Part shown: one piece after another, positions 8,797-17,234 of the stretch | Numbering within the stretch: position 1 is the stretch's first letter | How the letters are laid out: the number at the start of each line of letters is the position of its first letter | Assembly (NCBI GenBank): GCA_964612595.1 | Contig: CAZTFB010000002.1 | Span: forward strand, 6,663 to 70,662 | Direction: 5' to 3' | DNA length: 64,000 nucleotides | DNA from: an uncultured Gammaproteobacteria bacterium | GTDB lineage: Bacteria > Patescibacteriota > Microgenomatia > UBA1406 > HO2-37-13b | Notes under the pieces: generated by a model | Told to the model about the DNA's origin: nothing | The model's input: the letters and a program-made list of their open reading frames with translations, nothing else | Database searches by the model: none | Made by a program: the position numbers and the translations under genes

Positions 8797-10893
8797 ATGC
8801 AATCACGTATGCAAGCATTCCTTCATAAAGCCCGAACCATTTTGCTCTATGCAACCGTATGTGCAATTCCTTGGTTCTTTCTACCCATAACGCAAGAGTT
8901 TTTCCTCACACAAAAGTTTTACCTTCTATTATCCTCCGTTCTTCTCTCGTTGATGCTTATCGCAGTTTCTCTTTTTATTAATAAGAAAATTTCTATTCTA
9001 AAAACATCATTCGACAAGATTTTAATTTTTTTTGGGCTATCACAAACTATAGCGGTCTTATTCTCCTCTACAAACAAAATTCAAGCTTTGACATCTATCC
9101 CTTGGGGCTTGGGACCAATCCTTACATGCATTGGCCTCTATTTTGTGCTTGTAAATACTTTGACAAAAAAACGACAGACCGTAACACTAAACAACGCATT
9201 AGTTTCAGGAATGCTGTTTGCTGGTTTAGTTGCAATCATTTTTTGGTTTGAACCACTCAAAAATATTCAGCTTCCATTAGGCTTAGATTTTCTTAAAAAC
9301 ATGAGATTTTCTCCTATTGGGAATGTTCTTGACACACTTGTCCTAACTGGATTACTTACAGCAATCTCACTTGCAGGGATTTTACAGAATGTTATGAGCA
9401 GCAAGAAACCATCAATGCTTCTCATCGCTGGGATGATCGTCGGACTAACAGCCTTTCTGCTTGTTGGATCCCGTGCCGTATTCCCACCAAAGGGTCAACA
9501 AGCATTACAGCTCCCTCCTCTGGAGGCTTCTTGGGTGGCAACAGTAGATAGTATGAAGTCTCTCCAAACTGCTGTCGTAGGCGTTGGTATTGATAACTAT
9601 GAAGTAGCATTTACTGCTGCAAAGCCTCGAAATTATAATGCTACAGATTTTTGGCAGGTAAACTTTAATTTGGCCAGTTCAATGCTTTTACATATCTGGA
9701 CAGAAACAGGCTTATTAGGTTTGCTTACTTATCTACTTATCTGGGTATATATCATTCGTGAAGTACATGGTCTATTTGCTGAAAACGACAAAGACAGTAA
9801 GGTTTACGCTACGTGGGCCGTATACCTTGGCATAGTCACAATAATATTACCTGCCTCATTTATTACCCTCATATTAACAACACTGCTTTGTGCATCCCTT
9901 GCGTTGAAAGCATATGCATATGGCGATGAAGAGGTGTCGGTTGATGTGAGCAAGCTACCTCTTCTTTATGTGCCACTTACAATTTTCCTTATTGCGATAG
10001 TCATTGGCCTTGGATACGTCGGGTCAAGGGCTTACGCTGCTGAAGTTTTTTTTAAGAAATCAGTCGATGGTGTACGTAGCAATGATGGGAAAGCCGTTTA
10101 CAATAATCTTGTTAAAGCACTGCAATACAACCCTTACATTGAGCGATACCATATACAGTTTAGTCAGGTAAATTTACTGCTTGCCAATAATATCGCCAAG
10201 AAAGAGAAGCTTTCAGACACAGAACGTCAAGAAATTGCACGATTCATACAAATAGCAATTAGCGAAGCTAAAGTACCTGTCCAGCTAAATCCAGGAAAAG
10301 TCGGTTACTGGAATAATCTTGCTGTCATATATAGAAATATTATTAATGTAGCTGAAGGTGCGGAATCATGGACAATAGCGTCTTACCGTCGAGCAATTCT
10401 GCAAGATCCCAATAATCCGCTCATAAGACTTAACCTTGGCGGCGTGTACTACTCTCTTAAAGACTATGAAGAGGCTGAAAAGCTATTCGAAGTGTCAGCG
10501 GCACTTAAACCTGACTGGTCAAATGCGTTCTATAATCTTGCGTGGGCACAATTCCAAAATAAAAAATATGATAAGGCGATCAAGAATCTTGAGAGCGTCT
10601 TAGAGACTCTAGACAAGGGCTCTGAGGACTATAAAAAAGCACAAGAAAACCTAGAGGCATTTAAAGCAGCTGCTGATGACATAAAGAAAAAAACACAAGA
10701 AGCAACAGACTCTGCAGCTGTACGCCAAGGAAAAGATTTGGGTCTTCCAGAAGATCCAAAACCACAGCTTTCTCCTGCTATAGAATTACCAAAAGATAGT
10801 GGCCCAGAGAGTGAAATTAAGGTAACTCCAAGCCCTGAGCCAACGGTGGCAGAACAGGGAGAAACACAAATTGTACCTTCTCCTAAAAACTAG
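8797..10893 (+). CDS. O-antigen-ligase (Wzy_C)-like membrane protein with C-terminal TPR repeats
   Basis: ORF 8743..10893. Many TM helices, Wzy_C-like LHIWTETGLLGLLTYL, and TPR-like AFYNLAWAQFQNKKYDKAIKNLESVLE. The start is probably MQSRMQAF. Confidence 0.7.
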   Translation: MQSRMQAFLHKARTILLYATVCAIPWFFLPITQEFFLTQKFYLLLSSVLLSLMLIAVSLFINKKISILKTSFDKILIFFGLSQTIAVLFSSTNKIQALTSIPWGLGPILTCIGLYFVLVNTLTKKRQTVTLNNALVSGMLFAGLVAIIFWFEPLKNIQLPLGLDFLKNMRFSPIGNVLDTLVLTGLLTAISLAGILQNVMSSKKPSMLLIAGMIVGLTAFLLVGSRAVFPPKGQQALQLPPLEASWVATVDSMKSLQTAVVGVGIDNYEVAFTAAKPRNYNATDFWQVNFNLASSMLLHIWTETGLLGLLTYLLIWVYIIREVHGLFAENDKDSKVYATWAVYLGIVTIILPASFITLILTTLLCASLALKAYAYGDEEVSVDVSKLPLLYVPLTIFLIAIVIGLGYVGSRAYAAEVFFKKSVDGVRSNDGKAVYNNLVKALQYNPYIERYHIQFSQVNLLLANNIAKKEKLSDTERQEIARFIQIAISEAKVPVQLNPGKVGYWNNLAVIYRNIINVAEGAESWTIASYRRAILQDPNNPLIRLNLGGVYYSLKDYEEAEKLFEVSAALKPDWSNAFYNLAWAQFQNKKYDKAIKNLESVLETLDKGSEDYKKAQENLEAFKAAADDIKKKTQEATDSAAVRQGKDLGLPEDPKPQLSPAIELPKDSGPESEIKVTPSPEPTVAEQGETQIVPSPKN

Positions 10894-10912
10894 AAAAAGC
10901 TGACTGATGCAC

Positions 10913-11674
10913 TCAGATACTTTTTTTCTCAAACCCATTTGCGACTTGGCGAACTACTCTCTGGTGTGCAAACTGCTCCAATGCTGATCTTAAAATAACA
11001 CCAGTTTTAATCTTCTCTGGCTTAATATTTTCAGGCTCTGCTACATAGTCACTATATAACCTCGTTCTTTCAATCAATCCTTCATGTGTTAATTCTGGAT
11101 GAAATGTAAACCCATAAGTTATATCGTTAAACCGTGCCGCTTGTATGGGACATTTATCACTATATGCAAGACGAATAGCTCCATCTGGTAGTGAAACTAC
11201 CGAAGTTTTGTGTCCTAACACAGCTTTAAACGGAGCTTGTAGCTGTGAAAATATCACATCATTTCTTCCTTGCTTAGTAAGGTTTACTTTAAGCAATCCC
11301 CCTTCAGCCATACTCTTATTTACTTCAAGCCTACCGCCCAAAGCATCAGTCATAATCTGAAATCCAAAACATATACCAATAAGTGGCTGACCATTCGCCA
11401 CTATATGGCGAATGAGTGGAATAAGCTTCTTCCTAGCAATTGCAAGTTTTTTTTTGCCTAAGGCATCAGTGCTTTCATACCCTGCCTCTCCCCAACCACC
11501 AATGATCCAAATATTGTTATTCGTATGTTTCGCAATTTTTCTCGTGTTAAACGCACTATTCAACACGTTTAGAAAAGTGAATCTTGAATATTGGAGTCCA
11601 CACGTATCGTATATGCATTTAACCTCATGAGGTCCAGATGCATCTGTGCGAAATTGGATTACTGTAATGTTCAT
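10913..11674 (-). CDS. Class I glutamine amidotransferase-like protein
   Basis: Nucleophile elbow PLIGICFGFQ and a late FHPE motif. ATGA overlap with the upstream gene. Confidence 0.75.
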   Translation of the reverse strand: MNITVIQFRTDASGPHEVKCIYDTCGLQYSRFTFLNVLNSAFNTRKIAKHTNNNIWIIGGWGEAGYESTDALGKKKLAIARKKLIPLIRHIVANGQPLIGICFGFQIMTDALGGRLEVNKSMAEGGLLKVNLTKQGRNDVIFSQLQAPFKAVLGHKTSVVSLPDGAIRLAYSDKCPIQAARFNDITYGFTFHPELTHEGLIERTRLYSDYVAEPENIKPEKIKTGVILRSALEQFAHQRVVRQVANGFEKKSI

Positions 11675-13275
11675 CGTTGTAATTGCTCAATAACATTCAA
11701 ATCACATGATCTACTCACACCTTCAATTATACTGCGAAATTTTTCATGCACTTGAGGTTCAGCATTTGGTCTCATTCCCAAGACAACCGAAGTAATTGCT
11801 CCTTGATCATTATGTTCAACAGGCAACCTTGGCGCGATAAACATATGGTCATGCAATAATTTTTCGTTCATTTCTTCTATCCATTTAACGAGTTCTTGGG
11901 TTGTGGATACTCTGTCTGGAGCATGTACGAAGTCCCATACGGCAAACCCGCCAACTCTTCCATCAGGCAGGGGTTTGCCATAGAATGCTTGAATATCGGC
12001 ATAGGTGATGTCGTCAGCGTTTCGATTTGCAAGTCGATTTTCATATAATAACAGAGGCCAGACTGACAATGACAATGAAGTCATACGTGGATTACATTCT
12101 GCTATCCCCACCTCAATAATTTCATCTTTATATAAATGCATTAGCTGTGGATTTTCCCTCATGAGTCGGAGTAATTGTTGTTCGTGCGCCCCTGCAATCA
12201 TATAATCTATACCTACATGAGCGGATTCTGTCGTGTCACCAACAGCCGTACTCACAATAGCTTCGGTAAGTGCTTGCATATAGTCTTGATATTTAATCAT
12301 TGGTGAGTCTGAATCGATAAACTTGCCGTTCTGAGAAGATCCGCCCACACAACTCCCATTTTCAATAAACTGTTCTGTAACTGGTAACGGCATTACCTCG
12401 TCGTAATTGACATATGTTCCTACGCTTGGACTGTCATCCAAATCAACATAGCGAGTCAATTTACATTGTCCACCAGCTTCAACTAATAATGCACCTAAGA
12501 CGTTTTGCGCTTCACCATAACTATCAAACTCTTGCACTTTCTTATCAGCAAGTATCTGCCACTTGTCATCTTTTTGTCGCAATATCACTGTTCCATATCC
12601 TCCGTCTCCACCTGATTGTTGTACTACTACCCCTAAGGGATATTCTCCTGCCTCAGGATCTATTTCAGCAAAAGCTTCATACATTTCTCTACTAGCTTCA
12701 AGGCGTTGATCAATTGCGGATAATGCGTCTTCGGGGACCTCGATAACACTGTAGGGCAACACCGTAGTTGGATGAACATCGTGATCAATAGAAACAGTAC
12801 TCGTAAGATCATGATTATCAAGTACGAAATCAGCAAAACTTACTTTATTTTTGAGCATAGCAGCCGTCTCATGTGGAAGCCCCCATATAGTATTCCCTTC
12901 ATATCGCTCTGCAGAAAAATAAGGCACCACCACTGGGCTATCTGACTCTATATCTAAAGGTATTTTTTTTTCGGTACCATCTGTTATTACATACTGCACA
13001 CCTAAATGGCGTCTGCCCCATCCCACCAACGCTATTACATCGTTTAGATTTTGGGCATTTGCAGAAACCATTGCACTATCACCAGAGCGAAGAGGCATGA
13101 GATGATGAAATGCTCGCTGTCCATAATGATGATCAATCATTACTACTTTATCAGGAGGAAGTGTTACCAAATCACTGACATTGTGTTCCAGTCGTGCGAC
13201 TGGACCCTTTCCTTCAATGTTACCGGCACTACGTAAAGTGGGTATTTGCCTTCCTGGCATTGATTCTGTACTCAT
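11671..13275 (-). CDS. Putative ATP-grasp-type carboxylate-amine ligase
   Basis: 534 aa. The only family clue is the ATP-grasp-like Mg-site motif IIEVGIAECNPRMTS near the C-terminus. Translationally coupled to the GATase gene. Confidence 0.4.
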   Translation of the reverse strand: MSTESMPGRQIPTLRSAGNIEGKGPVARLEHNVSDLVTLPPDKVVMIDHHYGQRAFHHLMPLRSGDSAMVSANAQNLNDVIALVGWGRRHLGVQYVITDGTEKKIPLDIESDSPVVVPYFSAERYEGNTIWGLPHETAAMLKNKVSFADFVLDNHDLTSTVSIDHDVHPTTVLPYSVIEVPEDALSAIDQRLEASREMYEAFAEIDPEAGEYPLGVVVQQSGGDGGYGTVILRQKDDKWQILADKKVQEFDSYGEAQNVLGALLVEAGGQCKLTRYVDLDDSPSVGTYVNYDEVMPLPVTEQFIENGSCVGGSSQNGKFIDSDSPMIKYQDYMQALTEAIVSTAVGDTTESAHVGIDYMIAGAHEQQLLRLMRENPQLMHLYKDEIIEVGIAECNPRMTSLSLSVWPLLLYENRLANRNADDITYADIQAFYGKPLPDGRVGGFAVWDFVHAPDRVSTTQELVKWIEEMNEKLLHDHMFIAPRLPVEHNDQGAITSVVLGMRPNAEPQVHEKFRSIIEGVSRSCDLNVIEQLQR

Positions 13276-13291
13276 AATATATATTTAGCAA

Positions 13292-13395
13292 CAAAAAAAC
13301 CCGCCTCTTGGGCGGGTGTCTGTGTGCATTCACACTTCTTCCTCGCCCTAGATGGCGATAATAAGGAAGAAAATAATGAATGATGACACGTTTCT
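13292..13395 (-). promoter_or_regulatory. Structured 5' leader ending in an intrinsic terminator (candidate attenuator/riboswitch)
   Basis: On the minus strand the hairpin is ACCCGCC-caaga-GGCGGGU (13299-13317). It is followed by a U7 run and only about 17 nt before the ATG at 13275. Further upstream there are CUUCCU/AGGAAG and CGCC/GGCG pairings. No gene lies upstream on this strand. Confidence 0.45.
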
Positions 13396-13446
13396 CATAG
13401 CAATCTAGGTAGAATAGCACATCACATTTATTTTTGCAAGATTTAT

Positions 13447-13454
13447 TGTATAAT
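13447..13454 (+). promoter_or_regulatory. Extended -10 box, leaderless geometry (M20 peptidase gene)
   Basis: TGTATAAT with 6 nt to the ATG at 13461. Confidence 0.5.
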
Positions 13455-13460
13455 CGAATC

Positions 13461-14819
13461 ATGGACCAACCTGCACTATTCGATCGCTATGTCAAATTGT
13501 TAAAGGAGTTCGTCGCGTTGCGCAGTATTTCTACTAATCCAGAATTCGCAGGCGATATCGAGAAAACTGCACAATATCTTAATAATTTGCTTGTTGAGAA
13601 TGGATTTGGCGTTGAACTAATTACTGGCTTCGATAACCCTATTGTGCTTGCACACTTTAATCACAGTGATGGCAAAGATCGACAGCGTGTCTTGATATAT
13701 GGTCATTATGATGTGCAACCAGCAGCAAAAGAAGAAGGGTGGTCGAGCGATCCCTTTACCTTAACCGAGAAAGATGGCCGCCTCGTTGCACGAGGCGCTG
13801 TAGATAACAAGGGACAGATAATGATATATATGGCAACGGTTATCGAGCTGATTAAGCAAAATAAACTTGCTTATGATGTGAGTTTTCTAATCGAAGGTAA
13901 CGAAGAAACAGGTTCCGATCACTTTGAAGAGTTCATTCGAACACATAAGGATAGGTTAAATGCAGACTTTTTGCTTGTTTCAGATGGCGAAATCACTGCC
14001 GGCCACCCTGTTATTGAGGTGGGATTTCGCGGCGTAATAAATGTTGCGTTAACCATCACAACTTCGACTAAAGACAATCATTCGGGGCTCTATGGAGGGA
14101 TAATACCAAACGCCCCTGAAGAGCTGGCGCGTTTTCTCAACGCATTATTTATCATAGAAAATGGCGAGAAGAAAGTTGCCCTAGATGGATTTTATGATAA
14201 TCTTAAAGCCCCAACCACTGAAGATTTGGAGGCAAACAGTCTCATTCCCTTTAATGAAAGCGACTTTAATGAAACCACAGGCTCTAAAGCTCATTTTGCG
14301 CGCGAAGGTTGGAACATACATACACAGTTAGGATTCCTCCCATCACTTGAGATTACCGGCATACAATCTGGCTACACTGGTATTGGTTTCCGCAACAGTG
14401 TTCCTGGCTCTGCAACAGTAAAAATGAATGCGCGCATTGTACATGGTCAAAGTATCCAATCGGTATCGGATGCGATTAAGAAATTTGTAAGAGAGCATCT
14501 GCCGTCATACTGTAGTTATACGCTCACTGTAGGTGATGGAAATCCAGCGGTTCACATTCCTACACAGGGACTATTATTCGATAAAGCTATTGCTACGTTG
14601 GAAAAAGTATATGGAACCACTGTACTTAAAAAGTATTGCGGCGCCACTATTCCTATTGCCGCCCTCTTTGAGGAGTTATTGAAAATTCCACAACTCTATA
14701 TTCCATTAGCCAATGAGGACTGTAATATGCATGGCGCCGATGAAAATTTTACTATCGAGCTTGCTAAAAAAGGCTTGATGTTTGCTGAGCACTTTCTCGC
14801 TGACAAGCCCGCGGCTTAA
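13461..14819 (+). CDS. M20-family metallopeptidase / dipeptidase
   Basis: Motifs YGHYDVQP, RGAVDNKGQ and EGNEETGS. ORF 13434..14819, with the start taken at MDQPALF. Confidence 0.8.
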   Translation: MDQPALFDRYVKLLKEFVALRSISTNPEFAGDIEKTAQYLNNLLVENGFGVELITGFDNPIVLAHFNHSDGKDRQRVLIYGHYDVQPAAKEEGWSSDPFTLTEKDGRLVARGAVDNKGQIMIYMATVIELIKQNKLAYDVSFLIEGNEETGSDHFEEFIRTHKDRLNADFLLVSDGEITAGHPVIEVGFRGVINVALTITTSTKDNHSGLYGGIIPNAPEELARFLNALFIIENGEKKVALDGFYDNLKAPTTEDLEANSLIPFNESDFNETTGSKAHFAREGWNIHTQLGFLPSLEITGIQSGYTGIGFRNSVPGSATVKMNARIVHGQSIQSVSDAIKKFVREHLPSYCSYTLTVGDGNPAVHIPTQGLLFDKAIATLEKVYGTTVLKKYCGATIPIAALFEELLKIPQLYIPLANEDCNMHGADENFTIELAKKGLMFAEHFLADKPAA

Positions 14820-14833
14820 AAGGGTCGTGTCTC
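14805..14833. repeat. Intergenic repeat family 2, copy i (AAGCCCGCGGCTTAAAAGGGTCGTGTCTC)
   Basis: 27 of 29 nt identical to 62501-62529. It contains the stop codon of the M20 gene. Confidence 0.6.
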
Positions 14834-14838
14834 AAATG

Positions 14839-15930
14839 TTACTGTAAATAGCCAAGAGGGTTTTGCAATGCTCCACCCTTTCTTATTTCAAAATGTAGAT
14901 GAGGTCCCGTTGATCGTCCTGTTGAGCCGACAACACCTATTTGTTGCCCTTGACCCACATTTTGACCCGCATTAACGTCAATACGAGAAAGATGTGCATA
15001 TAATGTTTGGAAGCCATTGCCATGCTCAATAATAACGTGACATCCATATCCATACCCAACACATCCCGAAAAAGAAACACTGCCGGTATCTGAAGCGATA
15101 ACAGGTGGAAGTGAGCGATTCGCAATATCAAGGGCCATATGGTAATACACAGGATATTGACTGACATTTCCTGTTGTTGGCCAGATAAAACGCCCGCTTC
15201 CAGGCTGGCCAGCGACAATATTGACTCGTTGTGGAGCCTTACCTCTTACTATTGTTGGTTTCTCTTGAGGTGGTGTACCTCCTGGAACAATAAGCGTTTG
15301 ACCTACGTTGAGTGAAAACGTATCTAAATCCTCAAATTCATTGAAGGGGAAGTTGACAATTGCCTGAGCATCAACGCCATATCTTTTAGCAATAGAATAT
15401 ATGCTCTCACCTGATTTGACCTTATGCGCAACGCCAGAAACCGGCAATATTCTAAGGGCTTGGCCAGGTTTGATAGTATCTGCTTTGAGATTGTTCTCCC
15501 ATTTAATGGCGTCAACGCTAATATCAAATTGATCAGCTATGCTTGCAAGCGTATCACCATCCTTGACCTTGTACTCACGAACTTCAGCGCGGGGTTTATT
15601 TGAAATGGTAGTTTGGACCGAAAGATCGCTCAAATCTGTAGCTAAAACACTCTGTACCGACCCTTCCTGGGTTTGAAAGTAATCGGCAATAAACGGGTTA
15701 TTTTCAATAATAACGGGACCGGCAACGAGAGTCGCACCAACGAGGAGGAAAAACGAGGTGTTAAGAAACGACTGGGAATACTTACCTCTCTTAACAACTA
15801 AGAAGGCAACGATTATATCTTTGATTCGTTCGAATTTTGTTCCCCAACCATGGAGTCGGAGTTTTATATAGCCTGCAAGGAAACGAATGAACTCAGCAAG
15901 CTCCCCTGCGAAGGTCTTTTCCGAAATCAT
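14839..15930 (-). CDS. LysM-LysM-M23 peptidoglycan metalloendopeptidase
   Basis: Two LysM repeats (YKVKDGDTLASIADQF, HKVKSGESIYSIAKRY) and M23 motifs HMALDI...GSTGRSTGPHLHFEI. Confidence 0.9.
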   Translation of the reverse strand: MISEKTFAGELAEFIRFLAGYIKLRLHGWGTKFERIKDIIVAFLVVKRGKYSQSFLNTSFFLLVGATLVAGPVIIENNPFIADYFQTQEGSVQSVLATDLSDLSVQTTISNKPRAEVREYKVKDGDTLASIADQFDISVDAIKWENNLKADTIKPGQALRILPVSGVAHKVKSGESIYSIAKRYGVDAQAIVNFPFNEFEDLDTFSLNVGQTLIVPGGTPPQEKPTIVRGKAPQRVNIVAGQPGSGRFIWPTTGNVSQYPVYYHMALDIANRSLPPVIASDTGSVSFSGCVGYGYGCHVIIEHGNGFQTLYAHLSRIDVNAGQNVGQGQQIGVVGSTGRSTGPHLHFEIRKGGALQNPLGYLQ

Positions 15931-15996
15931 TGAGAACTCTATTATAGCAGAAAAGGGCTACATTCATCGAAGTTCAAGGCAGTTAAAAGTAGGTGT

Positions 15997-16032
15997 GGTC
16001 TGGGGCGAGCGAACTTGTCGCCGCCCCAGACC
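15997..16032 (-). terminator. GC-rich hairpin 3' of the cassette A ORF
   Basis: GGTCTGGGGCG (15997-16007) pairs with CGCCCCAGACC (16022-16032). Confidence 0.55.
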
Positions 16033-16049
16033 GTGCACCTCATATCGCG

Positions 16050-16766
16050 TCAGGGCAAGAAGCGCTTGAGCTTGTCGACCAAACTCTTTCTTCCTTCTTC
16101 TTCCAGGAGACGCTCGACGATCGCCGCTTCGTCCTCACCCTCTTGCGAGAGCCCATTGTAGCGATCAGTCATAGTTACAAAGTCCGCCTCCCAGAGAAAG
16201 AAGATCTCGTTTCCGTCACAAGGCGTACCGGCGGTCTGTGTGCCATTCGGGTCGTAGCTCACCAGAACACGGCCATCAGTCGTATGAGCGATCTCATAGA
16301 CCTTGGCGCCTGGATTGGTGCCACAAACTTCCCCGTATGGAGCACCCGGATTGACGATGTCGACCCAGGACCACTCAGGTACGAACTGTACGCGTGGATG
16401 AACTGATCGGCCTTCATGAAGCAGCCTTTCAACCTCAGCCTTCTGACGGGTGCGGCGAGTAACTTCCGCCTCGTAGCGCTTCGTCATGGACTTATAGTCT
16501 TTGACATCGAGGAAAAACAGCTCCTCACCGTCACAAGGCGTACCGGCGGTCTCGCTGCCCAGGTAACGAACCAGCACTCGCGCGCCGGATCGACCGATGA
16601 GCTCGACCGTATTCCCGAACTGAATGCCGCAAGTTTCACCCTCGGGCACACCGGGGTTGACGATGTCGACCCAGGACCATTCCGCCACAGTGGCGGTAAT
16701 CGGAAGAGTCGGTTGAACGACGGGACCGCGCAGAAGCGCGGCAGCCAATACGATCATAGGGAACAT
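16050..16766 (-). CDS. Cassette A: secreted protein built from two ~100-aa tandem repeats, no family assignment
   Basis: High-GC ORF 16050..16796. AGGAGG lies 6 nt before the ATG at 16766. Signal-like MFPMIVLAAALL. Repeats EWSWVDIVNPG..GE.CG...RVLV.Y...AGTPCDG.E.FF occur twice. Confidence 0.7.
   Translation of the reverse strand: MFPMIVLAAALLRGPVVQPTLPITATVAEWSWVDIVNPGVPEGETCGIQFGNTVELIGRSGARVLVRYLGSETAGTPCDGEELFFLDVKDYKSMTKRYEAEVTRRTRQKAEVERLLHEGRSVHPRVQFVPEWSWVDIVNPGAPYGEVCGTNPGAKVYEIAHTTDGRVLVSYDPNGTQTAGTPCDGNEIFFLWEADFVTMTDRYNGLSQEGEDEAAIVERLLEEEGRKSLVDKLKRFLP
16213..16680. repeat. Internal tandem duplication (period about 306-315 nt) inside the cassette A ORF
   Basis: CCGTCACAAGGCGTACCGGCGGTCT occurs at 16213 and 16528. 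TTGACGATGTCGACCCAGGACCA occurs at 16351 and 16657. Confidence 0.85.
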
Positions 16767-16779
16767 GGACAGCCTCCTG

Positions 16780-16866
16780 TTGTGCACTGATTTCACACTA
16801 CTCGATGTAGTGTGGCGGAATTTATAGCAAGAAATAATTTCGTACTAAAATTCCGCCAGTGCACAA
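16780..16866 (-). promoter_or_regulatory. Three-way-junction leader RNA abutting the SD of cassette A
   Basis: P1 16780-16789/16857-16866 (10 bp), P2 16794-16801/16807-16814 (8 bp), P3 16815-16823/16848-16856 (9 bp). The SD starts 1 nt after P1. Confidence 0.45.
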
Positions 16867-16891
16867 ATGCGATATGTAAGGTGCGAATGTA

Positions 16892-16920
16892 ATTCTAGCA
16901 GAAATACTATAGGTTGTCAA
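16892..16920 (-). promoter_or_regulatory. Near-consensus promoter driving cassette A
   Basis: Minus strand TTGACA (16915-16920), 17-nt spacer, TAGAAT (16892-16897). Confidence 0.55.
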
Positions 16921-16940
16921 GTTGGCCTAGGAAAGATGCC

Positions 16941-17159
16941 CTACACTCTGAAGATTTGTTCGAGAAGTTTATCAATTTTAGCCTTGTTTTTTCCTGAGGC
17001 TTCACCAAGCTCTTCTTTTAGTACCAACATGCCAATCTTTGTAAGTGCTTCGCGTGCCGCGAGGATTTGTTGTACGACGTCGCCGCTCTTTCTCTTACTA
17101 TTTATCATGCGACGAATTCCCTCGATTTGACCTACAAGTCGATTTATGCGTGTGTCCAT
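16941..17159 (-). CDS. CsoR/RcnR-fold (DUF156-like) small repressor lacking Cys/His ligands
   Basis: INRLVGQIEGIRRMINSKRKSGDVVQQILAAREAL aligns to RL.RIEGQ.RG..RM......C.D...Q..A...AL, with the Cys position occupied by Ser. Confidence 0.55.
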   Translation of the reverse strand: MDTRINRLVGQIEGIRRMINSKRKSGDVVQQILAAREALTKIGMLVLKEELGEASGKNKAKIDKLLEQIFRV

Positions 17160-17164
17160 ATAAG

Positions 17165-17188
17165 AAGACCGTAACCTGACTAGGTTCG
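17165..17188 (+). repeat. REP copy a: AAGACCGTAACCT-gact-AGGTTCG
   Basis: 5-bp stem AACCT/AGGTT. Lies between the csoR-like gene and the RAYT gene. Confidence 0.7.
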
Positions 17189-17234
17189 CTAACTTAATAA
17201 GATCTTAACATTAATGCTATACAATTTCCACACT

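Noticed and set aside
13229-13462. ORF 13229..13462 (-), spanning the divergent promoter region.
   Set aside because: It overlaps the start of the 534-aa gene and the hairpin/terminator, and has no coding features.
15993-16790. Plus-strand ORFs 15993..16406 and 16416..16790, antisense to cassette A.
   Set aside because: They have no SD and low-complexity products. The minus-strand frame carries the SD, the signal peptide and an internally repeated domain.
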